Below, piece after piece: positions 39,618 to 53,640 of a DNA stretch of 57,164 nucleotides (positions are counted from its first letter, which is position 1; every line of letters starts with the position of its first letter). A program made the translations under genes and the position numbers. Origin of the DNA: Octopus bimaculoides (lineage: Eukaryota); the NCBI RefSeq assembly GCF_001194135.2, contig NC_068985.1:76600490-76657653 (forward strand), read 5' to 3'. The notes under the pieces are model-generated. The model searched no databases. It was not told the origin of the DNA and saw only the letters and a program-made list of their open reading frames with translations.

Positions 39618-41815
39618 ATGGGTCACCAAACTACGGCCCGCGATGTCCATTTGTTCGGCCCGCCGTCGTATTCGAAAAAAAATAAACATGCTTTTATACT
39701 GCTTTCTACACTTCTTAGATTACGCATGTCGTATGTATACTGAGTCAGTCACGTCACGCGCTATGTATTTCACGCGCCATAATAATTACTACAGTACATC
39801 ACGTTGCCTTGGGCTAGTTAGTTATTAGTGATTTCAATTAAAACGAGAATATTTGACGCCGAGGCCTAAGACTGCTTTTGTTTTTTTTTTCTTCACTCAT
39901 CGTTATGGCTACTAAGAAGATAAAGGTTGATGATAAATGTCGCATTTTCAATAAAGAATGGGGAGAAAATCACTTCTTTGTGGAAATAAACGACCAGAAT
40001 GCTAGCTGCCTGATATGCAACGAAAGTGTTGCTGTTATGAAAGAGAGCAATATTCGTCGTCACTTCGAAGAAAACATCTCTGAACACATTCTAAATATTC
40101 TGGAAAGTTGCGGTCCGAGAAAATTGAATCTATGAAACGTTGTTTGGAATCTCAAAGGAATTTCTTTACGAAAATGTTTGCTGAAAATGAATCTATCACT
40201 CGTGTAAGTTACAAAATAGTGAATAAGTTGGCAGAGCGAGGAAAACCATTTACTGGCGGAAACTTTATAAAAAAGTGCATGATGGAAGGAGCAAATGACT
40301 TGTGTCCTGAAAAAGCTAACATGTTTGGCTATATCGGCCTTTCAGCAAGTTCAGTTGTGCAGAGAATAGAAGAACTTGGAGAGAATATACAGTTACAGAT
40401 ACACGAGAAAGCTAAGAACATTTTATGGTATTCTCTTGCAATGGATGAGTCTACTGATCTCTCTAGTACGTCACAGCTTCTTGTGTTCATTCATAGGTGT
40501 TAATTGCAACTTTGAGATTACAGAAGAAATGGTTTCCGTTTGCAGTATACATGGAAAAACAACCGGAGAAGGTATTTTCACAGAGGTGCAGAAAACTTTT
40601 GCAAAACTATAACCTTCAGTGGAATCAGCTTCGGTATGTCGATGGAGGAAAAAACATGGCAGGAGTGACGAAGGATTTGATAGGGTGGATCCAGATCAAG
40701 TCGGAGGAGCTTCAACTTCCGAAAGCTCTGTTTATACACTGCATTATATATCAGCAAGCACTCTTTGGGAAACACTTAGATATTTCTTGCTTACTAAAAC
40801 CGGTTACAACTGTGGTGAACTTCATTCAGAATCATGGGCTTATTCACCGACAATTCCAGGTTTTCCTTGAAGAAATGGATTCTAATTTCTGTGACTTGCC
40901 TTGCTACACAGTAGTGAGATGGCTCAGTTGCAGTAAAGTCCTGTTTAGTTTTTATAAGCTCCAAGGAAAAATAGCTCTTTTTCTCACCGAAAAGAATAGA
41001 GCTGATCCACAGCTGTCAGATCCTTCATGGTTATCAAAGTTGTCATTTTTAGTTGACGTCACTTCTCATATGAATGAATTGAATTTAAAACTGCAAGGAA
41101 AGAATAAACTTGTCTGTGATCTCTACGGAATTATTACAGCAGCATTTTGGAGAAAGCTATCATTGATTGAAGCACNNNNNNNNNNNNNNNNNNNNNNTGG
41201 CTATAATCTTGATAACATGCCCATTGAACTACAACTGGAGCTTATTGACTTGCAAGCTAATACCTTGTTGAAAGAGAAGCACAGAGAAGGAAAACTCATT
41301 GAATTTTATCGCTGCTTGCCAGCAGATGAGTTTTCAAAATTGAAAAAAGTTACTTCAGGTACGGCATTAGTTTTTGGAACAACTTATGTTTGTGAGCAAA
41401 CTTTTTAAAAATGAAGTCAATACATCGAACGAGGCTCAAACATTTGAAAGCAATTTTTATGCTTGGCTGCAGCAATCATAAAGCAAATATTGATGATATT
41501 TTGGAAGCAAAACACCAGTTTCACAAATCTCATTAACGTTTGTGTTGCTTACTTTTTATGCATCAGCTTTGTGCGCACTTTTTCTAAAAATTCTATCTTG
41601 GTAATATTTTGGTATTATTAAAATATGTTTATTGTTTTTTTTATTATTTTGTGTATTTTATGTATTGATAAATAAATAGGATGACTATCTTTATTTTTTG
41701 TGTACATTCAGTGTATTCTATATTGTACTGAAATGAACAAAATATTTATCCGGCCCGCGCTTGGCATTCTTTTAGCTATATCTGGCCCACTATGAAAAAA
41801 GTTTGGTAACTCTTG
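39618..41815 (+). mobile_element. Near full-length decayed hAT (Buster group; SPIN/OC1/GTF2IRD2-like) transposon
   Basis: TIRs atgggtcaccaaact / agtttggtaactcttg, subterminal ggcccgc motifs, degenerate NNNTANNN TSD. Transposase motifs CLIC..VAVMKE.NIRRH, YSLAMDESTD, HCII.QQAL, VRWLS, FGTTYVCEQ.F. Confidence 0.9.
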
Positions 41816-42334
41816 CACTAGAAAAATACCACTGGCACCTAGAATTCTCTTTAAATACCTTTCATTTTGCTCTATTTTGCTTATTTTTTTACGTTATCTT
41901 CTTTACCTCCTCCTCCTCTCTCTTATCTTCTCGTCTATCTCTGTAAGCTATATTCTTAGACATTTTTATATACCTTACTTTAACCTTAGCCCCAATCCTT
42001 AACTTCTTCCCTTATTCTATTTACCTCTCTTTTCATTTATTTGCTTTTCTTTCTTTTTATCCCTTAATATTCACCTCCGCTACCACTCTATTATTGAACG
42101 TTGATATGCTCGCGTTTTTTTTTCTGGAGATTTACACTATCAGGACTTTAACCTACATGGATTTACACGGGATTGCACATAAGGACTTATTTCTACAAGA
42201 TCGGAAAGTTGAACTGTGAAATTTTATGCTTTTTTCTTTATTTTCTTTTGTCATCTCCTTATTACTTTACTCCTGTTCTCTATGTAGTCATTTCATTAAT
42301 CTACACCCTTCTCATTTTCCCTATCCCCCCACCC

Positions 42335-42387
42335 CCGATGACGGAATATCCTATACTCTAGGATATCCCAGAAACAGCTGTAAGACT
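42335..42387 (+). ncRNA. Degenerate minimal type I hammerhead ribozyme-like motif
   Basis: CCGATGA core variant, hairpin GG(A)ATATCCTA-tactc-TAGGATATCC, GAAAC, palindromic AGCT stem III, GTA cleavage triplet. Helix I pairing is poor. Confidence 0.5.
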
Positions 42388-44289
42388 GAATCTATTTTCC
42401 AATAATAATAATGTATATGACTTGAGATGTTTGCCTTGCTTTAACGTTTGTTGTCCTCTTTAACAATTATATATCCGCTAAATCGGAAATCTGCAATGGG
42501 TCCATAACTACCGTTTCGACTATAACCTTGGAGCCTTAATACACAAATAAAGAATCTTTATCCACCAATGAGGTGTTGAGCGCTCTTTTTCATTGTTCGA
42601 GATTTACACACACACACACACACACATCATTGTTCACATATTTCCTGCTCTTTTTCTCCGCTTCAGTTGATATGATTCATTGACATAACCTTATTCACAC
42701 AACCAGACGAGGTCTCTTTAAGTTGGATTGCATAAGTGAGTTTCGTAGAGCTATCTCGATCGCGTCCATTTTTCCACACAGAACCAAGTTCCAAATACTG
42801 CAGTTACTGTTAACACAGTAACTGCAGTTAACAGAACTATGAATCAAGTTAACCGAACTATGAATAAGTTAAGAGAACTATGAATCATCACAATAATCCA
42901 TAAAATTAAGCGTAGTCCTGTAACAGTTGTAATTGCATTTCGCTGTCGAAATATGTATTTTATACATAAAAGACTAATGATGTTGGGCGTTACTGAAATT
43001 TTCGATGGTAATTAATATACTCTGATACGTCATTTTCTCAATGAAAAATGGGCAATGAACAAAGATTTCTTTCACAACCATCGGAGCGGGAAGCACTTTT
43101 GGTGAGGAGTCGAACGTGAATCCAGTTTTCTTCTTTGTGTTGTGTTAAGCTGCGTGTACATTGGTGTGACAAATAACATTCAGTCAAAGTTTAGATAACA
43201 AGTTTTTAATATAACTGTGATTTTACAAAAAGTGCATTAAAATAGTAAAGAGTGTACAAACGTGGTTGTTTCATAGCTAGTGAAAATTAGTTGGCCGGTA
43301 GTTGGCTGGAGAATAAGCCAGTTGGCACTAATGGTTAAAAGATCATCTTATGTGATTCATGCTGGAACAGAAGAGGGTAAAGAATGCGCCAGCTACATAG
43401 TGAGGTAGCTGTAATGGCTAAGAGCAAAGCGAGCCACCCGCTCCGAGAGCCAGGAGACAAAGTTCAGTCAAGTGAGAGTCGCGCCAAATAAGAAAAAGGG
43501 AGACTAAAATGTCCGTCTAGACTCAAGACGGACATTATATATCTTTCCATCGGAAATGCTACATCGCAAAGCCTGCTGGGACGTACAGTACCATCAAAGC
43601 GCCAACTACCGACAACAGAATGAGGGGACGTAACTTTTCTCTGTTCCTTTTATTACACTGGTCAACAAAATGAAACATTTTAATCATCAGAGTTGCTGAT
43701 TGACTTTTCTGGGTTAATTTTTAATGCTGATTACGAATCTGAAGTCCGATTTCCTCTATCAGGTCACATTTCCATGTTAATGATACCTGCTGTTTTAACT
43801 TATATGATACGTAAAGCATGTCTATATAAAGTATATTGAATACACGATACGATAATTTCATGGCTTTTTATTGTACAAATTAAAATAATTGTTTACAAAT
43901 AAGTTAGAATGCACTCAAATGCATAACAACTTAAAATCTTTGGGATTTGGACTTTCTATGGTGTTTTGTCTCAGGTTCATCCCTGTATAACATCCAACAG
44001 TAGTCAGCTAACATTCTGCATTCCAAAATCCTTGATGTCGTTGTTCTATCGATGCAATATCTTGATGAAAGCGTTCTCCTTGCTCATCAGACACTGCTCC
44101 AAGGTTAAACTTTTACACAACAATTCTCACATAATAAAAAAAACTCTAGAAAATCATACTCAATGACTTCACATATTTATTTCATATATTTCTTCCTGCG
44201 ATAAATTTCCTTCTACTTCATAACAGTCATCAATGGTTTAACCTAGACACTGTTCTGATCAAGTATAACAATATTGTTCATAATCATAC

Positions 44290-44500
44290 TCTTTTACTCT
44301 TTTACTTGTTTCAGTCATTTGACTGTGGCCATGCCGGAGCACCGCCTTTAGTCGAGCAATTCGACCCCAGGACTTATTCTTTGGAAGCCTAATACTTATT
44401 GTATCGGTCTCTTTTGCCGAACCGCTAAGTTACGGGGACGTAAACACACCAGCATCGGTTGTCAAGCGATGTTGGGGGGACAAACACACACAAACACACA

Positions 44501-44554
<54 letters not shown>

Positions 44555-44715
44555 CTTATATACGACGGGCTTCTTTCAGTTTCCGTCTACCAAATCCACT
44601 CACAAGGCTTTGGTCGGCCCGAGGCTATAGTAGAAGACACTTGCCCAAGGTACCACGCAATGGGACTGAACCCAGAACCATGTGGTTCGTAAGTAAGCTA
44701 CTTACCACACAGCCT
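44290..44715 (-). mobile_element. tRNA-derived SINE family B with an internal CA/TA microsatellite
   Basis: Minus-strand head ggctgtgtggtaag...ggttcagtccc. Related partial copies at 21200-21320(+), 25557-25796(+), 28255-28600(-), 29000-29200(-), 55610-55685(-) and 56235-56385(-). Confidence 0.85.
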
Positions 44716-45499
44716 ATGTATTACAGTAAAATATACAAACTACTAGTTTGAAATATCAGAAACTACATTTGGCTTCTGTTCTCCTTTCGTAACAAAATTT
44801 ATAGCAGTACCATTTCAGTCAATTCATATTATCTGTTTCTCTTTTTCTCATTATTAGGTTCATGTCCTTTGATTTCATAGTAAACTTTTCGTACAATTTA
44901 CAATAGTTTTATCCGAGATGCTTGCATCTTCTTTGTCAATTAAGATCCAGTCATAAATGTGGAGAACCAGAAGGGACGATTCCTATCTTATGCACTCGTA
45001 GTATTTAGGAATTAGTAGTATTCGATAGATGCCGTTTGTGCGTCAACTGTTGAAGTTTGGAGAGGTCTCGGCATCTTTAAAAGCATTTCTACAAAAAGAC
45101 TGCTGTTAAGAATTCATTCGGATCTAGAGGGACAGTGGTGTTGTTAAGTTGATGGGCCACTGGGGTTACGGTAGTGAAACTGATAAACAAAGTTGATGTT
45201 GTTACTGGTTCACTGATTCCGACGTACATTCTGTCAGTGCAAGAGACATGGAAAATATTTTCCACAATTTAAGTAGTTCCCTTTTTTTTTTCTCTCCTGT
45301 CTTTTATGCATAACATTTGAGAGGAAGCTATCAATACTCTGCAATGTAATCGGTTTTAGAAAGACAGAGAGAGAAAGTCATTTGGTACCGTTTGCAGCGA
45401 GAAAGTTTCTTTAAAGAACCCTATAAGTTTCGTCCTGATAATTCGTTCCCTGACTTTGCTGAGATGTAAAGACAGAGAGATAGACCTGTATATATTTTA

Positions 45500-46520
45500 G
45501 CATCTTCTCTACTTCTACCTTTATGCTTTCTTCGGGGATTTCCAACTTACCAAGAAGCTTTGAAAAATTATTGTGAATGACTTATCTGAAACTTGTTTGT
45601 ATGATAAAAGGAGGGTAACAGGGAATCCATCGGGGTCTGTTGCAGATTTTACGCTCGGTTTATCTACGGTTGATATTACGTCTTCCTCTTTTATGTCGAT
45701 GTAATCGATAGTTGCCACTTCTCTTCATGCCCGTCGCTAAATGAGTGCACTAGACGGCAATACCCCTTCACTATTCAATGGTGCACCCTCAGATTTATAG
45801 TGATACACTTATTTTGAAACTCCTCTTTAATATTATTACAAATTAGTGCCCACCAGAACATTCTGAAACATCCCGAAGCACCAAAGTCTGGCGACGGGCC
45901 GACTTCCCTGTTTAGAGCTCTTGTATCAAAGCCCACACTGGCTTGTTTACCTGTATGAGTCCCAGTTGGGAAGTGAAAACATGTATCTCAATTTTTAGGG
46001 GCCAGTTGCTAGAGCATTGACTCTATTTTGTAATGCAACATGGCTGATTCTCTGGCAAATTTATAGAAAACTTTAGGGTTTACTTTTACATTCTCTTTAG
46101 CACTGGTTTCTCAATCTGATCTCTCCCTTTCGTAAGACTGCTTGATTTTACTCTCTAAAATCGAGGATGACCCAGCTGGAGTCGCACATATTTCGATGGG
46201 ACTCAATTTCATTGCACATAGACTTCAGATCCCTGGAGTAGATGACCGGGAATTTTCTCGACCATATGACTGCCAGCACGTGGACTCCTAACTCCCGTAT
46301 TTTAACACCTTAACCTGCAACATCTAAGATATCATCGAGAGGCACTAGCTAGCACCTCCACAATGCCAAAGACTCGTTAGTGGGATACACCACCGTGGGT
46401 GAGGTCTGGGGCATAGGCGCGGGTCACATGATTTGGGCATATAGGCGTTTCCATCACTGCATAGGGGCACTGAAGGGTATTTTCTTGAACGGCTTGTTTC
46501 ATTACTGTATCAAGGTCAGC
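45500..46520 (-). mobile_element. Decayed CR1/Jockey-like LINE fragment (endonuclease and pre-RT region)
   Basis: IDIKEEDV...KSA.DPDGFP..LL motif (the GPDG equivalent), plus an upstream endonuclease-like remnant. Confidence 0.65.
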
Positions 46521-46526
46521 TATTTC

Positions 46527-46938
46527 AGGGAAGTCGATTACTTCGACCCCAGTGTTCAACTGGAACTTATTTTATCGACTCAGAAAGGATGGAAGATAAA
46601 GTTGACATCGGCGGAATTTCAACTCAGAACGTAAAGACGGATGAAACGCCGCTAAGCATTTTTCCCGATGAGCTTACGATTCTGTCAGCTCACCGCACTG
46701 GTTGCGCGTATAATATTAGTTTCAAATTTTCACACAAGGCCAGCAATTTCGGAATGAGAGGGGGATAAGTCGATTACATTGACCCCAGAACTCAACTGGT
46801 ACTTATTGTATTGACCCCAAAAGGATGGAAGGTAAAGTCGACCTCGGCAGAATTTGAGTCCAGTATATAAAGTCGAAAGAAATACCGCTAAGCATTTTTC
46901 CAGTCGTGCTAACGATTCTGCCTGTTCATCGCCTTACG
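46527..46938 (-). mobile_element. Two tandem SINE family A copies
   Basis: The second copy (46716-46938) is flanked by a 14-bp TSD ttgcgcgtataata. Confidence 0.88.
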
Positions 46939-48489
46939 TTGCGCGTATAATACTGTAGTTTAAAAGAGTAATTTTAATTTTGCTCGTTGTTTTATGCTAC
47001 TACTTTTAACCTTGTATTCAATGAATGACGTATAGGAATTATTATTCTCGAGTAACAATACTAAAGACATTCCCAAATGTTTTGTAGGGTCCGTTACAAG
47101 AGAAGGCTCATTGTGAATTAGGTTGCACCATAAGTTACCGCATTGGGTGACCCCAATCCTAATAAGATCACTGGATCAACTTTGCCTTTAACCTTTTCGA
47201 AGTCAATAACATAAGGCATCAGTTAAGTATTTTAGTTGGTATAATATTCCCCATCTTCCGAATTTGAAGCATTGCACCTTACTTGTGTAAGAAATCAATA
47301 CAGCATTATGCATTATTCTAGTGAGGTGTGGGGGGGGGCTGCAAGAAAGTATTTTTAATATGGTCCCTTTACGATTCAACCGTTTGTTTGTATATATATA
47401 TATATATGTGTGTATATACGTATACGTATATATATATGCATACGCGCGCGCACACACACATATACTTGTCCCCATATTTCTCAGAAAATTAGTAGAACAT
47501 CACTGCTCTGACATTATGTAATAGAAGATATACCTTTTTCAATAAATATAAAATGTTGACCACACTGAGAATTAATATATATAATATATTCATGTAATTA
47601 TGGAACCAATGAAGTTAAATAGCTCTCAAATGACTAGTCATGTTTAGAAAAATTATAATCCAATAAATGAAATAGTATACATGTAAATAGACAAAAAAAT
47701 CTGTTTACGTCTATAGCCATGTATATACATGTCTGCTGGCTTTAATTATATTAGGTCGCCACACAATGAGACAGCAGGTTAAAATAGGAACAAAAATGAA
47801 CAAGCTACGTGCTTAACTGCCGTCTTTCTAGGCGAACAAGCATAGGAGGATTGATGTCAACGAAGTGAATATATATCAACTTATCGACTCGATGAAACGA
47901 ACAAAATCAAATTGTTATCTGAAATTTCTTTCTTTCTGTATGCTTTGTTCTGTTTTTTTTATTATTATTATTTTTTTTTTTTGTCTTGATGGATTTTACT
48001 ATTTGCTGGTTTTATTAGGGTTTGTGACTGTTTTGTCTACATGTTCAGGCGAGAGAAGTTAAGGATTTTCGATAAATCATCAAGAAATGACATCAATTCC
48101 TGTAACGACATAATTAATAATAAATACCGATCGATTGTCAGTTTATTCTTATCAGGAATCTAATTATAATAAAAGGGTCAATGAGGAGACAGGTCTACAA
48201 AATTCATACTATTGAAATACATTAAGTAGTGCAATCAATAGATCAAAGCACATACTGGTAGGCAGGAAGTACGACATCTCCATTGGAAGGTGGTAGGTAG
48301 TTCAAATAGCAAAAGTATATAGATCGATCGCTACTTCAGTATGTAGATCAATGTCCAGCAAACAAGATGTGATTTTGACATGCAATCATTTATGTGTTGA
48401 TACATAGGTAACGCTGTTTACCTTTGTTTTGAAAGAGACAAGAAAATCATTAACAGCTAATGATGCTATCTAATATTTTTTTTTTTTTT

Positions 48490-48640
48490 GCATAAGTTCA
48501 TCAATTTTGAGAGGAGGAGGAATCGATTATATCGACTTCAGTAATCAACTTGTACTTATTTTATCGACTCCCGACAGAAGAACGGCAAAGTCGACCTCAC
48601 TAGAATTTGAACTTAGAACGTAAAGAACTGAAAATTAACT
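48490..48640 (-). mobile_element. SINE family A (partial)
   Basis: Similar to the other copies; CpGs retained. Confidence 0.75.
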
Positions 48641-49864
48641 GCTAACAATGATGACGTAGTTTGTTGGAAAAACCGCTGCTGGATTGACTACGAATCAAGA
48701 ATCGAAGATTCATATTCCATCATCGGTTCTGGACAATGTCCTACAACACAGGACACATAAAATATCAATGACTCGTTCCATGTGAAGGCAAATCGGTATC
48801 AAGCTTTAGACATAACTCACTGCTGGTAGGAACAAGGGTATTGTATATTTAACAAAAGGTTCGTTAGTTTGCAATATTCAGTTTAAGTTCTCTTATTTGG
48901 CCCGAAAATGTTGGGAGCTCACTTCAATGTAGTGTTCTCCCAAACTGCCAGAGCTTCATCGAACGGGTCATAACAGTTAGTACTTATATATGACTCGATA
49001 TTAATCCCATAATCCAAATGGAAATATCCCTCATAGAATGGTTGTTATTTTCTAGGTTTCCCTTTTGGCTGGTAATTTCGTAAGCACTTTTATTGCACTA
49101 CATGGCTTAATTTGAAAAGTGTGTCTCCGTCGACTAAAGCGCAGTTTTATTCGCCTATCAAACACTGTTATCTGTTTTAAACCAATGACAACAACCTATA
49201 ATCGTTATATCCGCTTCAGAAATTCTTTTGTGTGTGTGTGTGTGCGCGCACACACACACACACAGATTAATGGTGGGGGGAATAGATTCAAAACTCATGG
49301 TTGAGAAACATTGATTGTTGTTTACGACATGCACTTCCAATCCATTTTTCTTTCTCTTTTGAAATCATTCAGGCGTGGCCACAGAAATCTCGATGTAATG
49401 TTTGAGAGACTAAGATAATATGGCTGCATGATTTAGACGTTCGCTTCGTGACCACGTGATTCTGGGTTCGAACCTGCAGGGAAATAGATTGGGAAATGGA
49501 TTCCATTGAACACCTTGTGATGATTAATGCATTTGTACGAGCAACGCTCGTCATATACATACGTGTGTATAAGTATGTGCGCGTGTGAATGTATTTCCGT
49601 ACTTGTATTCATATATTTGATACAACCACACCGATTGAAACTGGTGTTTTATCAAAAAGATAACTTAGCCACTCGATAAATATAAAGTGACAAAGTAAGT
49701 AGTGTGGTTGATATAAAAGAGTAGAACCATTGAAGGCAATACTCTAACAGTGCTGTAGTTCAATAACTGACTTGGTAAACTAGTAGGAGAAGAGCAGAAC
49801 TATTTCTGTTCCATATGATGGTTTCCATTGACATTATATCTGGAATAAAACTTTCATTTCATTG

Positions 49865-50045
49865 ATATTGGTTTCACATTTTGATACAAGGATAGTAATT
49901 TTGTGAGAAGATGTATTTTATCGATCTCAAAAGGATAAAAGGTAAAGTCGGCCTCGGCATTGTTCGAACACAGAATACAAAGAAATCGAAATGTCGCTAA
50001 ACATTTTGTCCGGCGTGCTAACGACTCTGCCAGCTCGTCGCTTTC
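49865..50045 (-). mobile_element. SINE family A (internally deleted)
   Basis: Similar to the other copies. Confidence 0.75.
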
Positions 50046-51464
50046 TGTTAACTTCGTTAAAATCGATAATGCTTTGTAGAGACAAGGGAAGCTTGATGTG
50101 AATCACCATGGTCTTCTTGTAAAAATGTTGTTCTTCGTGCCCACACAGAGAACGAAAATTAGAAACCACTTCAGTGTCATTTGTTTCTGATATTGTTTAA
50201 GATATTTTTGCAGTAAACCATGCTAATATTTCAGTCTTAGCATGCAAAATAATGAAAGTGTTCCTCCGAAGAATAACGGGTGAGACTCATTCCTACAGAT
50301 GGCCATATGTACGCTGATCTGACTGACCAAGGAGGTGATTCGGGAACCCAGAGCTCCCGGTAGCAAAGCCTATATTTGTCGCTGATTTCTTGTTACCGTT
50401 AGAGAAAATATTGTTGCAGGTAGCATTCTAAATCTGAGTCATGCCACTTCGAAATGACAAGATTGTGATACTGTTCGGTCTTTAATAGTCTCTTCGGTCT
50501 AAAGTCGCCGACTCCAGACACGTTGGACTACCGGCTGTGTGCAGACTACGGTCATACTAAAGATTTCAATAATGATTTCCCGCTCGACCAGTCATTCATT
50601 TTGCTGCAGATTGACACTGTATTTTCTACAAAATGCTACAATTTAATTGCATAAAGATTATTAATTTTTGCTTACCTGGGTAATTAGAAAGAAAGCTTAC
50701 ATCCGAAAAATATAAAATTTACACATTGGCAGACATTAAATTCTATCTTGAGCTCATTATACTGGACCATACCCTGTTTTCTATAGCGTGTAGACGACTG
50801 AGAGTATATGACTTTCTCCTGAACGGGCCGCCAGTCCGTCAGAGAGTTAACTCCCAGATATTGCTGAGTGGACAGAAGGAATGTAATAAGAAGTATCTTG
50901 CTCAAGAACACAGGTTCAAGTCTTTCGCCCAGATCAATAACTGAACCAGTGACCAAATGATCGAGAGCTCAACACCCAAACGACAGTCATGCACCTTCAC
51001 TTTGGAATAGTCAGCTTACTATAACCATAAATTTATTAGCCATATATTTGAGACATTTAAATCACCTATAATTTCTCGTTTGGTAATCAAACAATATGCA
51101 TAGTACAGAGCGGGGTAGAGATAAATAGATTCAAAATACTGGTTGAGAAATGACATTGATCTTTGCCTACCAAATACAGTCTAAATCTTATTTCCTTTCT
51201 CTTGTTGAAATCTCTCAAGCCGGAGAGAAATAAAGTCTCAGGAACATCGATTATATATTTGATAGGTTAACATCGCATAGCTGTGTGTTTAAGGCATACG
51301 TTTTGCTAGTACATGGTGTCTTCAGTAGCCTCGTATTGGTCAATCCATGCAAATTGCATACACATTTTCTAAGACATATGTTAGACCTCCAACAACGAGG
51401 AAGGCTAACCTGTAAAGTTTGAATGATAATAAATTTAAAACTTTGAAGAATAATAATTGTACTG

Positions 51465-51680
51465 ATTTTAAATTTTGACACAAGGTCAGCAATTTTGGGG
51501 AGAGGAGTAAGTCGATTACATCGATCTCAGTAGTCAACTGGAACTTATTATATCGATTCCGAAAGGATGAAATGCAAAGTTAACCTCGGTGAAATTTCAA
51601 ATCAGACCACAAAGATGGACGAAATGCTTCTAAGCAATTTTGTCCGGCGTACTAACGATTCTGCCAGTTCGCTGCCTTGA
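51465..51680 (-). mobile_element. SINE family A
   Basis: Similar to the other copies. Confidence 0.85.
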
Positions 51681-53059
51681 GAATAATAATTATATTGGCC
51701 AAAGAACTTCATTTTTTTTTATTTTACATATATTTTCTTTTTCCTTTTTCTTTGTTTTTTGAGATTCAATTTTAAATTGATAAACCTGAATTGTTTTCCT
51801 CAACTAGAATCGAATAAGGAGGAAAGTGAAACGAGAAAAAAAAAATTAACTGAACTGAAAAATACATTTGGATGAAAATTCAGTATAAAACTAGAAGTTG
51901 ATTCATATCGGAAAAGAAATTTAATATTGAATTTTGATTTGAGATCAAATTTAAGTTTGAGCCCAGACATGATCTGAGCTAACCATGGTAAATCGAAGAA
52001 ACACTCATCATTTTATACAATACTCTAATCTCCTCCTATATTGCTGTATGGCACTGATTTACAGCTAAGCGATGTGTACATCCCCTTACTATATATTTAC
52101 ATGCAAATTGATTGGCTGAGTGTTAGTTAATTGTATTTTCTGTGATAAGGGCAGGTTTTTAACTGAGGACAGTCAACCACCGACTCAATAACCAACAAGA
52201 ACAACTGGGATCATATAGCATTACTCTTTTTATAGACTATTCAAAGGGAAAGGTCAGCACCTTTTATCTAATTAGACTGTACAGATCATGAAGTTAGTTG
52301 TGTTAATATTGAAGTTGAATGCCAGTTGAACAATGTTCTCAGGAAAACGAGTGAGTCAGGGAGTTCTAGAAGCATGCATTTCTAATAACGAATGACTTGA
52401 GAGAGTCTGTTTTTTTTCAATGAGGGATCTGGAAGGATCGACACAATAGGGCAGCGCTTCTCAAGAGGGGAAATTGAAAAGGAGTTTTATTTTTTAACTT
52501 TTTAAACTTGCCCAACATCAGAAGAAGAAAAATTATATGGATATACAAACATTTCATGTTTCATTTATAAAATGATGATTCAGCGAGTAGCAAAAATAGT
52601 TTCACCAATATTTTAGGTAGGGTCTGGTATTTGTTAGTTTAATAACCTTCACAGTAGTAGCGATTACAGGATAAACGGATCTATTGCGCGGGTTCGGATG
52701 GAAAGTTATACAAGAGTTAGTTCATAGAAGTAAATACAGACTCGGAATCGTTGGAAGAGATTGAGCAATCAGACAGAGCAATCAGACAGCGTTTGTAATG
52801 TGTTGATGAGTGACTTCTTGCCACTCAGTTTAAAGACGTTCTTTTGATTGCACTAAGATGCTTGTTATGAAGTTGCAGCCCCACTGTTCCACTAAAGCTC
52901 TTACTTGAGAAAAGGTTTCAAGTTTCAAGTTCAAGACTCAAGTGTTTTCCAGATCTAAAAGTGAAGCCTAGTCATTCGGATACAATTTATACAGAGTGAA
53001 CTTGCTATGAGAAACTTGCCATAAGAGATTGCGAGGCGCGGTATTTTTATAGATTCTTT

Positions 53060-53640
53060 AACATCAAAAATTCTAGGAATTACATGCAATACTTCTACAA
53101 CATTCACAATACAAGAATAAAGCATAATACAGAAAGCATAAACACGTAAACATATTTAATGCACTGCCGGGTACCATATTTGGCTAACACAAAGAAACAG
53201 CAATTATTTACAAACAATCCTCGATCCACCATAAACCATAACGTACAATAAATGTGCTATAAAAAAACACCATACTCCACATCACAACAGATTACTAACC
53301 TACTCACCGAAATAAAAATACTGAAAGTTGAAAGTCCATTTGGATATGCTAGGGGCGCAGTTGCTGGTGCAAATTCCTTGAATCTATAAAGTCTGTGAAA
53401 CTCCAACATTCGCAGATGGTGCTACTACATAGACAACCATCCCCCAACTAACAAACACATCTGCAACATCCCAGAGCACTTTTACAACAATATTTTAAGA
53501 ACGCTGTAACTCCCACAGAGTTCACACAAATATAGAAATGCATAAACAAGAAAACGGTTGCATTATTAAATCACTCATTAGTACCAAGGACCGAGTTGAG
53601 ATACATTACGTCAATACTAAATGGAAATGAGCAGCAGCTG
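53060..53640 (+). mobile_element. Possible highly decayed I/Jockey-group LINE RT C-terminal fragment
   Basis: N.F.AL.GT.FG..KET..IIYKQ remnant. Confidence 0.4.

Noticed and set aside
42695-42769. ATG-initiated first exon candidate (MDAIEIALRN...)
   Set aside because: An in-frame TGA comes before the plausible donor.
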